From: Bradyrhizobium sp.
GTDB taxonomy: Bacteria; Pseudomonadota; Gammaproteobacteria; Burkholderiales; Burkholderiaceae_D
Length of the DNA: 64,000 nt
Direction of reading: 5' to 3'
NCBI GenBank assembly: GCA_047621665.1
Contig: JBLHMB010000015.1
Span: 2,322-66,321 of the forward strand
The notes beneath the pieces were generated by a model. It saw only the letters and a list, made by a program, of their open reading frames with translations. It had not been told where the DNA came from and did no database searches. The stretch's first letter is position 1, and the number at the start of each line of letters is the position of its first letter. Below, piece by piece: positions 40,536 to 49,910 of the stretch. The translations under genes were made by a program, and so were the position numbers.

Positions 40536-41899
40536 GACTGTTGCGCTCCTTGCATCACTTGTTCGAAGACTGCGTGCGTGCGACTGGCCAGCAAGTCGAT
40601 TTCAGCGCTATCGAGAATATACGGCGGCATCAGATAGACCGTGTTGCCGATCGGACGCAGCAGTAGTTCATGTTCCAGCGCAGCACTGAAAAACCGTCGC
40701 GAAAACTCGCCGGCCGGCAGCGTGCTGACCGCATCAAATGCCCAGATCATGCCGCGCTGGCGGAAATGGCTGACCTGCGGATGGGCTGCCAGCGGAGCCA
40801 GTGCGGCAGTCAGGTTCGCAGCGAGTCGCCGGTTGGCAGCAATCACATGATCGTCGTGAAAGATCGCCAGCGTTGCCAGTGCCGCGCGGCAGGCCAACGG
40901 GTTGCCGGTGTACGAATGCGAATGCAGGAAGCCGCGCGCCATCGCCGGATCATAGAATTGCTCGAAAATGTCGTCGCGCGTCATCACCACCGAGAGCGGC
41001 AGATAGCCACCGCTGATACCCTTCGACAGGCACAGGAAATCCGGCCAGATGTCGGCTTGTTCGCAGGCAAAAAAAGTGCCGGTGCGACCGCAACCGACCG
41101 CAATTTCATCGGCGATCAGGTGGACCTCGTAACGTTCGCACAAGGCCCGTACCGTGCGCAGGTAGACCGGGTCATGCATTGCCATGCCGGTGGCACATTG
41201 CACCAGCGGTTCGACGATGATCGCGCAGATGTGCTCACCGCGCTCCTGCAGCAACTGTTCAAACGCGGCAGCGGCAGCCAGTGCAACGTCCGCAGCGCTT
41301 TGGCCGGGTTCAGCCTTGCGCGCATCGGGGCTGGGTACAACGTGGACTGGCTGCAGCATCGGGCCATAGGCGGTACGAAACAGCGGCACGTCGGTGACCG
41401 CCAGCGCGCCTATGGTTTCACCGTGATAGCTGCCGGCCAGGCAAACGAATTCGCGCTTGTTGGTGCGTCCGCGGTTTTGCCAGTAATGGAACGACATCTT
41501 GAGCGCGATCTCGACGGCTGACGCGCCATCGGACGCATAGAAACAATGGCCCAGCCGGTTACCGGTCAGTGCAGATAATTGCTCCGACAGGGCAACCACC
41601 GGCTCATGGGTGAAGCCGGCCAGCATCACATGCTCGAGTTCATCGAGTTGCAGCTTGAGTGCCGTGTTGATGCGCGCATTGGCGTGACCGAACAGATTGA
41701 CCCACCAGGAACTGATGCCGTCGAGATAGCGTTTGCCTTCCATGTCAATGAGCCATGCGCCACGGCCGCGACTGATTGGAATGAGCGGCATCGCATCGAG
41801 ATGCTGCATCTGAGTACAAGGATGCCAGACGCTGTGGCGGCTTCGGCCGACCCAGTCAGTGGCCGGAAAAGAGGGAGACTTCGTTTCGAAAGGGGTCAA
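40532..41899 (-). CDS. bioA: Adenosylmethionine-8-amino-7-oxononanoate aminotransferase
   Basis: 'VWHPCTQM', 'DGISSWW', 'ADEIAVG', '[12 protein letters not shown]', 'HSHSYTGNP'. TTG start after GGAG inferred. Confidence 0.93.
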   Translation of the reverse strand: MTPFETKSPSFPATDWVGRSRHSVWHPCTQMQHLDAMPLIPISRGRGAWLIDMEGKRYLDGISSWWVNLFGHANARINTALKLQLDELEHVMLAGFTHEPVVALSEQLSALTGNRLGHCFYASDGASAVEIALKMSFHYWQNRGRTNKREFVCLAGSYHGETIGALAVTDVPLFRTAYGPMLQPVHVVPSPDARKAEPGQSAADVALAAAAAFEQLLQERGEHICAIIVEPLVQCATGMAMHDPVYLRTVRALCERYEVHLIADEIAVGCGRTGTFFACEQADIWPDFLCLSKGISGGYLPLSVVMTRDDIFEQFYDPAMARGFLHSHSYTGNPLACRAALATLAIFHDDHVIAANRRLAANLTAALAPLAAHPQVSHFRQRGMIWAFDAVSTLPAGEFSRRFFSAALEHELLLRPIGNTVYLMPPYILDSAEIDLLASRTHAVFEQVMQGAQQS

Positions 41900-42171
41900 T
41901 GAGAGTGCTCCATGCGTTACTCCGTAATGCGAAAAGGCTAAAAGTGTACGTTCGCTGGGGTACAAGAAGAGCCTGATGTGGTGATTGTTTGAGAAATATC
42001 AACCCTAGGAATCCTTTCGTGATGGATCTTTGTCATGATTGCAGATCATTGGAAATTAACAATAATTCTTTAGTTCACTGCTAATAAGATGCCAATAAAT
42101 CATCGCTTTGTGAGTTAAAAAAGCCGTGCCACAATGCACGCGGCAATAAGTGCCGGCTCTGGAAGGAAGCA

Positions 42172-44925
42172 ATGGAAATTTCTGACGATCAGATGGCTAC
42201 CTACAACGACAAATCGTCTCCCGATATGCAGCAACGCATGCTGCTGATGCTGTCGTCTTGCGCTGACCTGATTGCCCGGTCATCGAGCGAACATCAGCTG
42301 CTCGATGGATTTAGTACGTTGATGACCGCGGCTGGTGGCTACCGGTTTTGCTGGATCGGCCAGGCGGTGGAGGATGATTCCCTGACGATTCATCCGATTG
42401 CCCAGTCCGGCGGCGAGCATTATCTGGACGGTATCGAAACCAGCTGGTCATCGCAATCGTCATTCGGCAACGGTCTGACCGGGCAAGTGGTGCGCACCGG
42501 CCGGATGATCGAGTGCGCCGATACGCGCACCGACGAGCGCTTGCTGGCCTGGCGGCAGGCCATCGTCTGCAGCGGATTGACCTCGATGATCTGCCTGCCA
42601 CTGAGCGACCTCAAGCATACTTTTGGCGTGCTGGCCTTGTACCGTGATTGTTGCGGTGTCTTGCCCGTCGCCGAGGTGCACCTGCTGGAGCAACTGTCGC
42701 GCCAGCTGGCGATGGCATTGCTGGGTTTGCGTTCCCGCGCCGACCACAGCGACACCGCATCGGTCATGCTGAAAACCGCAACAGCGCTGTCGTCAAGCCA
42801 TGGCGCCGAATTCCTCTGGCGCCTGGTCGCCAGCGTAACTGATGCGCTCGGGGCCGACGCCGGGTACATCGCCCGCAACTTGCCGGGTGAGGCGGGACGG
42901 TTACGCCTGCTGGCGGGGGTGCAAGATGGCCGGCGCACGGCGCTGTGTGATTTTCCGCTGGCCGGATCGCCTTGCGAGAGCTTGCTCACGCAGCAAGCCT
43001 GGATGATTTGTGACCGCGTTGCCAGCCGGTATCCGCAAGCGTCGTTCTTGAACGAGCTCGGGGCACAGGCTTACGCAGCAGCGCGGCTCGATGATTTTAA
43101 TGGCCGGCCGCTTGGCATTATTTTCGTGTTGTTTCGCCAGCCGCTACTGCGCACGAACGTAATCCGTTCAACGCTGCAAATTTTTGCGATTCGCGCCGCC
43201 GGCGAAATCGAACGGCAGGAAGCCGACAGCAAGCTGGCCGATCATGTCTCGCTGCTTGACAAGGCGCATGACGCGATCATCGTGCGTGATGTCGAACAGC
43301 GCGTGCAGTTCTGGAATGCCGGTGCACAGCGGCTGTATGGCTGGAGTGCTGACGAAGCGCATGGCAAGGCCCTGCCCGAGTCGTTGCTGTCGCTGTCTGA
43401 CATGGAGCGTATCCAGTGCCAGTTGCGCGAGAACGGTGAATGGATAGGCACGCTGCATCAGCGCCGCAAGGATGGCAGCGTGGTGCTGGTCGAAGGGCAC
43501 TGGTCGATGGCGCGCGACAGCCACAACCAGCCAAAGTCACTGCTGGCCATCGACACCGACATTACCGAGCGCACCGCCAACGAAGCCGAAATCCAGCACC
43601 TGGCGTTTTACGACAACCTGACCGGCCTGCCCAACCGGCTGTTGCTGCTCGACCGCCTGCAGCAAGTGCAGGGCAGCCGGATGCGGGCCCATCATGCCGG
43701 CGCACTGCTGTTCATCGATCTCGATAATTTCAAGACGCTCAATGACACGCTCGGGCATGACATGGGCGACCTGTTGCTGCAACAGGTCGCCCGCCGGCTG
43801 AGCAGTTGTGTGCGCGCAGAGGATACCGTGGGACGGCTGGGCGGTGACGAATTTGTCGTGATGCTGGTTGATCTTGACGACAGCCCCGGCGCTGCGGCCG
43901 GTCACGCCGCCGCCGTCAGTGAAAAAATTCTGCACGTGCTGCGCCAGCCCTACCTGATCGCCGGCTGCAGTTATCACTCGACAGCGAGCATCGGTGTCAC
44001 GCTGTTTGGTCCGGAAGACGCGCTGGTCACCGATCTGCTCAAGCGCGCTGACATGGCGATGTATCAGGCCAAGGCGGCCGGGCGCGATACGCAACGTTTC
44101 TTTGTGCCATCGATGCAAATTGCCGTTTCGGCGCGCGCGCTGCTCGAAAGCCAGTTGCGGCAGGCCGCACCGAACCACGAATTCGTGCTGCATTTTCAGG
44201 CACAGGTGCGCGGGGACGGAAAGTTGTCAGGGGTCGAAGCGCTGATCCGCTGGAAGCATCCGACCCGCGGCCTGCTGTGGCCGGCCGATTTCATCGGACT
44301 GGCCGAAGACAGCGGCCTGATTTTGCCGCTCGGTCGCTGGGTGCTGGCGGCAGGTTGCAGCCAGCTGGCGCAATGGCAGGCGCATCCGGAGACGGCTGAT
44401 TTGCAGTTGGCGATCAATGTCAGTGCACGTCAGTTCCGCCATCCGCAATTCATCAATGATGTCATCGCCGCGATCAGCGAATCCGGTGTCGATCCGCGCC
44501 AGCTCAAACTGGAAATGACCGAGAGCGTCCTGTTCGACGACATCGAGGAAAGCAGTGCGCGGATGCGGGAACTGCGCAAACTGGGCGTCGGCTTTTCGCT
44601 TGATGATTTCGGTACCGGCTATTCGTCGCTGTCGTACCTCAAAATCCTGCCGATCAACCAGCTCAAGATCGACCAGTCCTTCGTGCGCGATATTCAGACC
44701 AACAAGGGCGATGCAGCGATCGCCCGCACCATTGTCAGTCTGGCGGACAGTTTTGGTCTCGAGGTCATTGCCGAGGGCGTCGAAAATGCCGGCCAGCGCG
44801 CCTGTCTGGCCACGCTGGGTTGCCACTCCTGTCAGGGATATCTGTTCAACCCGCCTATGCCTGCTGACGAGTTTGAACAATTATTGAGGCAGGCGTTTCC
44901 ATTTGCGAGCGTGGCCAAAGCATAG
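42172..44925 (+). CDS. Cytoplasmic GAF-GAF-PAS-GGDEF-EAL c-di-GMP enzyme
   Basis: Two GAF-like regions, PAS (DAIIVRD...WNAGAQRLYGW), RLGGDEF with RAED I-site, EAL, DDFGTGYSSL. Confidence 0.9.
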   Translation: MEISDDQMATYNDKSSPDMQQRMLLMLSSCADLIARSSSEHQLLDGFSTLMTAAGGYRFCWIGQAVEDDSLTIHPIAQSGGEHYLDGIETSWSSQSSFGNGLTGQVVRTGRMIECADTRTDERLLAWRQAIVCSGLTSMICLPLSDLKHTFGVLALYRDCCGVLPVAEVHLLEQLSRQLAMALLGLRSRADHSDTASVMLKTATALSSSHGAEFLWRLVASVTDALGADAGYIARNLPGEAGRLRLLAGVQDGRRTALCDFPLAGSPCESLLTQQAWMICDRVASRYPQASFLNELGAQAYAAARLDDFNGRPLGIIFVLFRQPLLRTNVIRSTLQIFAIRAAGEIERQEADSKLADHVSLLDKAHDAIIVRDVEQRVQFWNAGAQRLYGWSADEAHGKALPESLLSLSDMERIQCQLRENGEWIGTLHQRRKDGSVVLVEGHWSMARDSHNQPKSLLAIDTDITERTANEAEIQHLAFYDNLTGLPNRLLLLDRLQQVQGSRMRAHHAGALLFIDLDNFKTLNDTLGHDMGDLLLQQVARRLSSCVRAEDTVGRLGGDEFVVMLVDLDDSPGAAAGHAAAVSEKILHVLRQPYLIAGCSYHSTASIGVTLFGPEDALVTDLLKRADMAMYQAKAAGRDTQRFFVPSMQIAVSARALLESQLRQAAPNHEFVLHFQAQVRGDGKLSGVEALIRWKHPTRGLLWPADFIGLAEDSGLILPLGRWVLAAGCSQLAQWQAHPETADLQLAINVSARQFRHPQFINDVIAAISESGVDPRQLKLEMTESVLFDDIEESSARMRELRKLGVGFSLDDFGTGYSSLSYLKILPINQLKIDQSFVRDIQTNKGDAAIARTIVSLADSFGLEVIAEGVENAGQRACLATLGCHSCQGYLFNPPMPADEFEQLLRQAFPFASVAKA

Positions 44926-44950
44926 GCCTGCGGTGAACGCGGTGCCTTTT

Positions 44951-46126
44951 TCATGCCCGCGCGGCAGGCTGGTCCAGGCGTCCTTGATACAGCGCGGCCA
45001 CCAGATCCGATTGCGTCACCATGCCGCACAGCCGGTGTTCGTCGTCGATCACGGGGATGTGATGCAGGCCCGAGTCTGACAGCAGCGGCACCAGTTCGAC
45101 GATCGGCTGGCCGGCACCGGCACTGCGCACGTTTTTGCTCATGATCTGCCCGACCACTTCGGGTTGGTTGGTATGTGTGCCGGGAATACGCCGGATCAGG
45201 TCGCGCAATTTTTCACCCAGACCGACATGCGATTGCATGTCGGCATCGCGGAAAAAATCTGCCTGCGTGACGATGCCGGTGACGCGTCTGGCCCGGTCCA
45301 GTACTGGTAAGGCCTTGATCCGGTGTTGCCGCAACAGCGCCCATGCCTGTTTCAATGGCGTACCAAATTCGACGGTGACGACATCGCGCGACATGATGTC
45401 GGCGCAGCTGAGTTCACCGAAGCGCCGCTGGTAGGCACGCATCTCGGTCTGGCGCAGCAGATTGGCGAGGTCATCGCGATTGATGTCGAGGACTTCATTG
45501 ACCTGGCTGAGTACCTGGTCCAGGTCGGCTGCGGTAAAACCGCTCCGGTTGGCCGGCAGTGCATCGCTGTTGCCCTGCGCACGCGGCAGGCCGGCATGTG
45601 GATAGCGCCGCCGGGTGAGGTTGTTATAGGCAATCGCTACCAGCAGCAGCAACAGCGAATTGACCCCGACTGGTGCCAGTACAAAATAAAAGCCCTGCGC
45701 ATGGATAGCCGGACCGCCCAATACCGCCGTCAGCGCCACCGCGCCACTGGGAGGATGCACGCACCCGAGCGCGAACATGGCCGCGATGGCCAGCGTAATT
45801 GCCAGCGCAGCCGCCCATGCCGGATCGCTGATCAGCAGTCCACACGCCACGCCGATGGTGGCAGAGACCGCGTTGCCGCCAATGATCGACCACGGTTGTG
45901 CAAGCGGGCTCGAGGGCAGCGCAAAGAGCAGTACCGCCGACGCACCCATCGGTGCAATCAATAGTCCCGCAGCACTGGCCGAACCGGGCATCAGGTGCGC
46001 CACCAGTCCTGTAATGAGGATGCCTAACAGTGCACCGCAGCAGGCCCGCAGGCGCTCGGTGCGATTGACCCTGGTCTGGATTGACACAAAGCTGCGTAAC
46101 CAGCGGGTCAGTTCCCGGTGCGTCAC
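44951..46126 (-). CDS. HPP-family membrane protein with tandem CBS domains
   Basis: 'APMGASAVLLF...SPLAQPW', 'CVHPPSGA', and a CBS pair (IMSRDVVTV; IKALPV; HHIPVID). GTG start. Confidence 0.9.
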   Translation of the reverse strand: MTHRELTRWLRSFVSIQTRVNRTERLRACCGALLGILITGLVAHLMPGSASAAGLLIAPMGASAVLLFALPSSPLAQPWSIIGGNAVSATIGVACGLLISDPAWAAALAITLAIAAMFALGCVHPPSGAVALTAVLGGPAIHAQGFYFVLAPVGVNSLLLLLVAIAYNNLTRRRYPHAGLPRAQGNSDALPANRSGFTAADLDQVLSQVNEVLDINRDDLANLLRQTEMRAYQRRFGELSCADIMSRDVVTVEFGTPLKQAWALLRQHRIKALPVLDRARRVTGIVTQADFFRDADMQSHVGLGEKLRDLIRRIPGTHTNQPEVVGQIMSKNVRSAGAGQPIVELVPLLSDSGLHHIPVIDDEHRLCGMVTQSDLVAALYQGRLDQPAARA

Positions 46127-46371
46127 TGCCCCTTGCAGATGATCGTCGTGACGTATTCTCCTGCGCGGGTTTTGCGTGCCTCGGTCCAGTCGATGACTTG
46201 CTGCGCAAGTGCCATCGTCATCACGGACGCTTTTTCCTTGTTGCGAATGAACGAGACGCCTTCGAACTGGCCGGTCTTGCCGATCATCGCTTTGGCATAG
46301 ACTGGAACGTCTTTCTCGTCGGGATTGGCTTTGCGCTGGCGGACTTGGTAACGCTGGTCGAGATCTTCCAT
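46123..46371 (-). CDS. Hypothetical 82-aa protein coupled to the HPP-CBS gene
   Basis: Last 82 codons of a long shadow ORF (MEDLDQRYQV...TTIICKGQ). It fills the gap between GST and HPP, and its TGA overlaps the HPP GTG (GTGA). Confidence 0.65.
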   Translation of the reverse strand: MEDLDQRYQVRQRKANPDEKDVPVYAKAMIGKTGQFEGVSFIRNKEKASVMTMALAQQVIDWTEARKTRAGEYVTTIICKGQ

Positions 46372-46413
46372 GGAATGCTCATGCAGAAATTGAAAACACG
46401 AAGGATACAAGAC

Positions 46414-47130
46414 ATGCAGATCGAACTCTACTATTGGCCCGACATACAAGGTCGGGGCGAATTCATCCGGCTCGCGCTCGAAGCCACCGGTGCCGATTAT
46501 GTTGATGTGGCCCGTGGCGAGGACGGCATGACGCAGCTGCTCGATACTTTGCAGAGCACGGCCATCCTGCACCCGCCTTTTGCGCCGCCCTTCATCCGCG
46601 TCGATGGTGCGGTCATCGCGCAGGTTGCGACTATCCTGCACGCGCTCGGACCGCGACTGGAGCTGGTGCCGTCCGATGAGGCCGGCCGGATCTGGGTCCA
46701 TCAATGCCAGCTGACGATTGCCGATCTGGTTGGCGAAGTTCATGACACCCATCATCCGGTCGGCGGTACCGCGTATTACGACGACCAGAAACCGGAGGCG
46801 CTGCGCCGTTCTACCGAATTTCGGCGTGAACGCCTGACGAAATTCCTGCATTACTTTGAGAGCATCCTTGAGCGCAATCCGGCGGGTGATACCTGGCTGG
46901 TGGGGGATGCAATGACTTATGCCGACCTGTCCATGTTTCAGATGCTGGCCGGATTGGGCTATGCGTTTCCGAAAGCGATGGCGCGGGTCGGGGCTGAGGT
47001 GCCGCGCTTGCTGGCATTGCAGCAGCGTGTTGCGCACGTGCCCAATGTGGCGCGCTACCTGCAGTCGAAAAGACGGCTGGCTTTTAATAATGATGATATC
47101 TGGCGGCAGTACCCGGAGCTGGATGATTGA
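46414..47130 (+). CDS. Glutathione S-transferase family protein
   Basis: 'LYYWPDIQGRGEFIRLALE', 'FAPPFI...IAQVATIL', 'LVGDAMTYADLSMFQ'. Confidence 0.9.
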   Translation: MQIELYYWPDIQGRGEFIRLALEATGADYVDVARGEDGMTQLLDTLQSTAILHPPFAPPFIRVDGAVIAQVATILHALGPRLELVPSDEAGRIWVHQCQLTIADLVGEVHDTHHPVGGTAYYDDQKPEALRRSTEFRRERLTKFLHYFESILERNPAGDTWLVGDAMTYADLSMFQMLAGLGYAFPKAMARVGAEVPRLLALQQRVAHVPNVARYLQSKRRLAFNNDDIWRQYPELDD

Positions 47131-47131
47131 G

Positions 47132-47201
47132 GTAGGGTGGCATCGAGGCTGATGCTAGCCGTAGCTAGCCGTAGGGTGCAATAACCGCAGGGCATTGCAC
47201 C
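47132..47201. repeat. Cluster of GTAG-type REP-like hairpins
   Basis: GTAG at 47132, 47161 and 47171. GTAG-GGTGCAAT-(11 nt)-ATTGCACC is a perfect 8-bp stem directly after the tetranucleotide. Confidence 0.6.
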
Positions 47202-47290
47202 GAATGCACTGGCTGCGGTAGCTTGTGTGGAATGCGCTCCGCCACAACCAAGCCGGGGGCGGCCCGGCAGCCGGACCGGCATGCGGTCCC

Positions 47291-47539
47291 TTCTTTTTGC
47301 TTCGCCAAAAAGAAGTAACCAAGAAAAAGGCGACCGCGAGACTGCTGCCCTTCGGGTTCCCAAAAGCCGGAGCCAGTCAGGGGGAGGGCCGCAAACTCGC
47401 TTCCCTTGCAGGGCGCAGATTCGCTTGCAAGCGAATCCCGTTATGCAGGCGGATCGCATGCGATCCGAAACCCCTGCTGCACCTCAGACAGTGCGGCCCT
47501 TTTATCCCCTGCCTGACTCCGGCTTTTGGCAGCTGTCTC
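47291..47539. repeat. Structured non-coding element (MITE/REPIN-like) with long nested inverted repeats
   Basis: Arms 47338-47393 and 47492-47539 are near-complementary. Internal perfect palindromes at 47418-47437 (20 bp) and 47451-47466 (16 bp). Confidence 0.6.
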
Positions 47540-47560
47540 AATGCGGAACAGGTCAAAGTC

Positions 47561-47720
<160 letters not shown>

Positions 47721-47788
47721 CCGCAGTGCAAGCGTACAAAACACTGATTGATTTTTCCCACTGCCTGTTAACCGAACACGGACATCGC

Positions 47789-49027
47789 ATGACAACTGCA
47801 CCACCTGACCACAATCAAGCCCTCGATGCCTGGATCGATCAGCACTTCGATGACGAAGTGCGCTTTCTGCAGGAACTGGTGCGCATCCCGACCGATACGC
47901 CGCCTGGCGATAACGCGCCGCATGCCGGACATACTGCCAGCCTGCTGCAGGGTTTCGGTTTCGAGGTCGAGCAGTTTCCGGTGCCGCAGGCCGAGGTCGC
48001 TGCCTGCGGCATGGCGTCGATCACCAACCTGATTGTGCGATGCCGGTATGGCGACGGCAAGACCATCGCTCTCAATGCCCATGGCGACGTGGTGCCGCCG
48101 GGCGAGGGCTGGACTGTTGGTCCATACGACGGCACCATCGTTGATGGCAAGCTGTACGGGCGCGCGGCGGCGGTCAGCAAGAGCGATTTCGCCAGTTACA
48201 CGTTTGCACTGCGCGCGCTTGATGCACTCGGTGTGCCGCTCAATGGCAGCGTCGAACTGCACTTTACCTACGACGAAGAATTTGGCGGCGAACTCGGTCC
48301 CGGCTATCTGCTGCGCCACAAGCTGACCCGCCCCGATTACCTGATCGCCGCTGGTTTCAGCTATCAGGTCATCAATGCCCACAACGGTTGCCTGCAGATG
48401 GAAGTGACGGTGCACGGCAAGATGGCGCATGCCGCGATTCCTGATTCCGGTATCGATGCGCTGCAAGGCGCAACCGCGATCCTCGCTGCACTGTACGAAC
48501 AGAACCGGCGCTACAAGGAGATCAGGTCCGCCGTTCCCGGCATCACTCATCCGTACCTCAATGTCGGCCGCATCGAAGGCGGCACCAATACCAATGTCGT
48601 TCCGGGCAAGGTCGTGCTCAAGCTGGATCGCCGCATGATTCCCGAAGAGAATCCGGGCGAGGTCGAAGCGGACGTGCGGCGCGTGATCGCCGAAGCCGCG
48701 GCCTCGGTGGCTGGCATCCGTGTCGATATCAAGCGCCTGCTGCTGGCTGAAGCGTGGCAGCCGCAAAGCGCCAATGCGGCGTTGATTGATGCGTTGCAGC
48801 GCCATGGCGAAACGGTCTTTGGCGAGCCTATCCCGACGTCGGGCACGCCGCTCTATACCGATGTCCGGCTCTACGGTGCCTATGGAATCCCGGCCGCAAT
48901 CTATGGCGCGGGACCGCGCACGGTGCTCGAATCGAATGCCAAGCGTGCCGACGAACACCTCGATCTGAACGATTTGCGGCGTGCCACCAAGGTCATTGCG
49001 CGGACGCTGGCGGAGTTGCTGGGCTGA
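47789..49027 (+). CDS. M20-family metallohydrolase (ArgE/DapE-like)
   Basis: 'LNAHGDVVPPG', 'YGRAAAVSKSD', 'TYDEE', 'GKMAHAAIP', 'GGTNTNVVP', 'ADEH'. Confidence 0.9.
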   Translation: MTTAPPDHNQALDAWIDQHFDDEVRFLQELVRIPTDTPPGDNAPHAGHTASLLQGFGFEVEQFPVPQAEVAACGMASITNLIVRCRYGDGKTIALNAHGDVVPPGEGWTVGPYDGTIVDGKLYGRAAAVSKSDFASYTFALRALDALGVPLNGSVELHFTYDEEFGGELGPGYLLRHKLTRPDYLIAAGFSYQVINAHNGCLQMEVTVHGKMAHAAIPDSGIDALQGATAILAALYEQNRRYKEIRSAVPGITHPYLNVGRIEGGTNTNVVPGKVVLKLDRRMIPEENPGEVEADVRRVIAEAAASVAGIRVDIKRLLLAEAWQPQSANAALIDALQRHGETVFGEPIPTSGTPLYTDVRLYGAYGIPAAIYGAGPRTVLESNAKRADEHLDLNDLRRATKVIARTLAELLG

Positions 49028-49055
49028 CGGTTTTATTATTCACTGACTGGCAATG

Positions 49056-49085
49056 AAAAAGCCGCTCGACATCGTGTCGAGCGGC
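49056..49085 (-). terminator. Terminator for the first PEP-CTERM gene (possibly bidirectional)
   Basis: GCCGCTCGACA / TGTCGAGCGGC stem with an A5 run. Confidence 0.8.
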
Positions 49086-49124
49086 CTTGAATTAATAGTC
49101 AACGGCATGGGGTGGCGCCAGTTT

Positions 49125-49508
49125 TCAGGCTGACTTGCGGCGATGTGCGGCGAAGCCTAGCAAGCCCAGGCCGGCGAGCATCATTGCGTAGTTCTCTGGC
49201 TCGGGAACGGACGACAGTACTTGAGTTGGTTTGGGGAGGAATTCAATGGGGAGTGGGAATGTGATCGGTTTCGGTACATTAAACGAGGGAGGTGGAGTGA
49301 ATAAAATCCCAGGATTGTTAGGGCCGATCACTGGAGGTTGTGCTGTGTTGTTGACATAGCCAAAAAGGCCGTTGGGATTGGTTGGGTCAACAGGGCCTAG
49401 TGTAATGATGACTCCATTAATATCGGTGAGTTGAAGACCAGAGATAATGGTGACTTGAGGACCAGGGACGACGTTGCCGGGCGCCGCATGTGCTGTCGAT
49501 AGCACCAT
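49125..49508 (-). CDS. PEP-CTERM sorting-domain protein, Pro/Asn-rich passenger; true start uncertain
   Basis: C-terminal VPEPENYAMMLAGLGLLGFAAHRRKSA. The frame stays open upstream, but no ATG/GTG/TTG precedes the signal-like segment. Confidence 0.85.
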   Translation of the reverse strand: MVLSTAHAAPGNVVPGPQVTIISGLQLTDINGVIITLGPVDPTNPNGLFGYVNNTAQPPVIGPNNPGILFTPPPSFNVPKPITFPLPIEFLPKPTQVLSSVPEPENYAMMLAGLGLLGFAAHRRKSA

Positions 49509-49724
49509 GAATGAAGCTATTGCAAAAGAAAAGGCCGAAGCGTAAGCGAGTGCAAATTGAGATATTTTTGTCCTGATTGTTGTTGGTGGATGATTCTTTT
49601 TATGGTCCGGTTGGTAAATTATTTTTAGTGGCCGACCATTAATTAAAAGTCTTGTTAAGGAAACTTTTTTTTTAATAAGGCAATTTTTTTAATGGGTCTC
49701 GTTGACTGTGCTATGACTTCCAAC

Positions 49725-49830
49725 TGTGCTCACTGAATGGCGCGTCGGGCTATGACCAGCACTTCTATCTGAACGATTTTCGCCGCGCTACCAAGGTCAT
49801 TTCGCGGACGCTGGCCGAGTCGACGGCTGA
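49725..49830 (+). pseudogene. Diverged duplicate of the 3' end of the M20 hydrolase gene
   Basis: Translates to DQHFYLNDFRRATKVISRTLAE versus DEHLDLNDLRRATKVIARTLAE at 48950-49015. Confidence 0.85.
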
Positions 49831-49852
49831 GCATTTGCCGCGTAACGCAAAT

Positions 49853-49885
49853 AAAAAAGCCGCGCAAGACCGTGTCGAGCGGCTT
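49853..49885 (-). terminator. Diverged copy of the 49056 terminator
   Basis: AAAAAAGCCGC...GTGTCGAGCGGCTT shares its arm with the first copy. Confidence 0.7.
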
Positions 49886-49910
49886 CGCGACTACAGCTTG
49901 TAGCCAGTTT

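Noticed and set aside
38638-41899. Biotin operon lacking bioB and bioC
   Set aside because: Split biotin gene clusters are common, and the rest of the genome is not visible.
41966-42171. AT-rich spacer before the GGDEF-EAL gene as a possible c-di-GMP riboswitch or biotin operator
   Set aside because: No matching aptamer features or convincing palindrome; consistent with divergent promoters.
46123-47037. 304-aa minus-strand ORF
   Set aside because: Mostly antisense to the GST gene; only the last 82 codons are retained as a likely gene.
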